The notes below the pieces were generated by a model. That model saw nothing but the letters and a program-made list of their open reading frames with translations, was not told where the DNA came from and ran no database searches. This document shows, piece by piece, positions 63,016-64,000 of a stretch of 64,000 nt of DNA (position 1 is the first letter of the stretch; each line of letters begins with the position of its first letter). Made by a program: the position numbers and the translations under genes. This DNA is from Octopus sinensis (taxonomy: Eukaryota): assembly GCF_006345805.1 (NCBI RefSeq), contig NC_042998.1:197346001-197410000 (forward strand). Reading direction: 5' to 3'.

Positions 63016-64000
63016 TCATCATCACCACAACCACCACCACCACCACCACCATCATCATCATTTTACGTCCATTTTCTATGCTGGTATGGCTCGGATGGTT
63101 TGACTGAAACCTGGCAAGCTGGGGAGCTGCACCAAGTTCCAGTCTGATCTGGCATACTTTCTACAGCTGGATGCCCTTCCTGATGCCAACCACCCCATAA
63201 GTGTAGTGGGTACTTTTTACATGCTGCTGGCACAGGTGCCACTTACAAAACTCTGGCATTGGCCATGACTACAATCTCACCCGGCTTCATAGGTCTTCTC
63301 TGGCACAGTATATTACCAAAGGTCTTGGTCACTTGCCATTACTTCTGTGAGGCCCAATGTTCAAAGATCATGCTTTACCACCTCGTCCCATATCTTCCTT
63401 GGTCTTCCTCTTCCACAGGTTCCCTCCACCGTTAGAGATCAGCACTTCTTTACACAGCTGTCCTCACATCACATGGCCATACCAGCACAGTTGTTTCTCT
63501 TGCACACCACATCTGATGCTTCTCGTGTCCAACTTTTCTCTCACACTGACATTACACATCCAGCAAAGCACACTAGTTTCATTTTTTTCAAGCTGTTGCT
63601 TCCCCTCAGTGATCTCAGCCCATGTTTCACTGACGTGTAGCATAGCTCTTTGCACACAAGCATCATACAATCTGCCTTTCACTCTGAGGGAGAGGCCTTT
63701 TGTTACCAGCAGAGGTAGGAGATCTCTGAACTTTGCCCAGCCTATTCTTATTCTAGCACCTATACTCTCAGACCATCCACCTCTGCTACTGACTCGGTCA
63801 CCAAGGTAACAAAAGCTATCAACTACTTCTAGTTTTCCCCATTGGCATTTGACGGTGTCTATTTTCTGTATATTTTTGGTGTTAATTGTACCTGTGCACA
63901 TTCCACATACTATTTTGCTTGTTAGCCTTCCTCTGATATTGCAGTTCCTCTTATGTGTCCATAGCTTATACTGAGTACATCTTATGAAGTTACTACCTAT
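63016..64000 (-). mobile_element. RTE-clade LINE, C-terminal part of the RT ORF plus 3' UTR and (GAT/GGT)n tail; decayed, runs off the window
   Basis: ORF 63464-63901: KLEVVDSFCYLGD..ARIRIGWAKFRDLLPLL..KGRLYDACVQRAMLHVSETW..LCWYGHVM. It continues frameshifted as VEGTCGRGRPRKIWDEVVKHDL, typical of RTE C-termini. The 3' UTR matches family C. Confidence 0.92.

Overview
AT-rich, repeat-dense eukaryotic genomic DNA. It is most likely from an octopus; this is an inference from the look of the tRNA-derived SINE families and microsatellites, not a database match. No long host-gene ORF is present, and almost all listed ORFs are artefacts of microsatellites or SINEs. Well supported: one intron-containing tRNA-Leu(CAA) gene (57691-57805, minus); the 3' part of an RTE-clade LINE (63016-64000, minus); CR1-like LINE 3' ends; decayed pogo/Tigger, hAT and mariner relics; TTAA-inserting piggyBac-type MITEs; non-autonomous Helitrons; and about 50 copies of retroposon families given working labels A, B, C, D and J. 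One candidate 40-codon coding exon (41626-41746, minus) sits next to a CpG-richer promoter-like zone. The most unusual structures: a 7x165-bp tandem array of SINE Pol III heads; MITE multimers joined by the same 23-bp linker at two loci; SINEs with one head and swapped tails; a four-layer nested insertion; a minimal hammerhead-like motif; and several near-perfect inverted repeats able to form dsRNA. All coordinates and identities were read by eye and may be off by a few bases.
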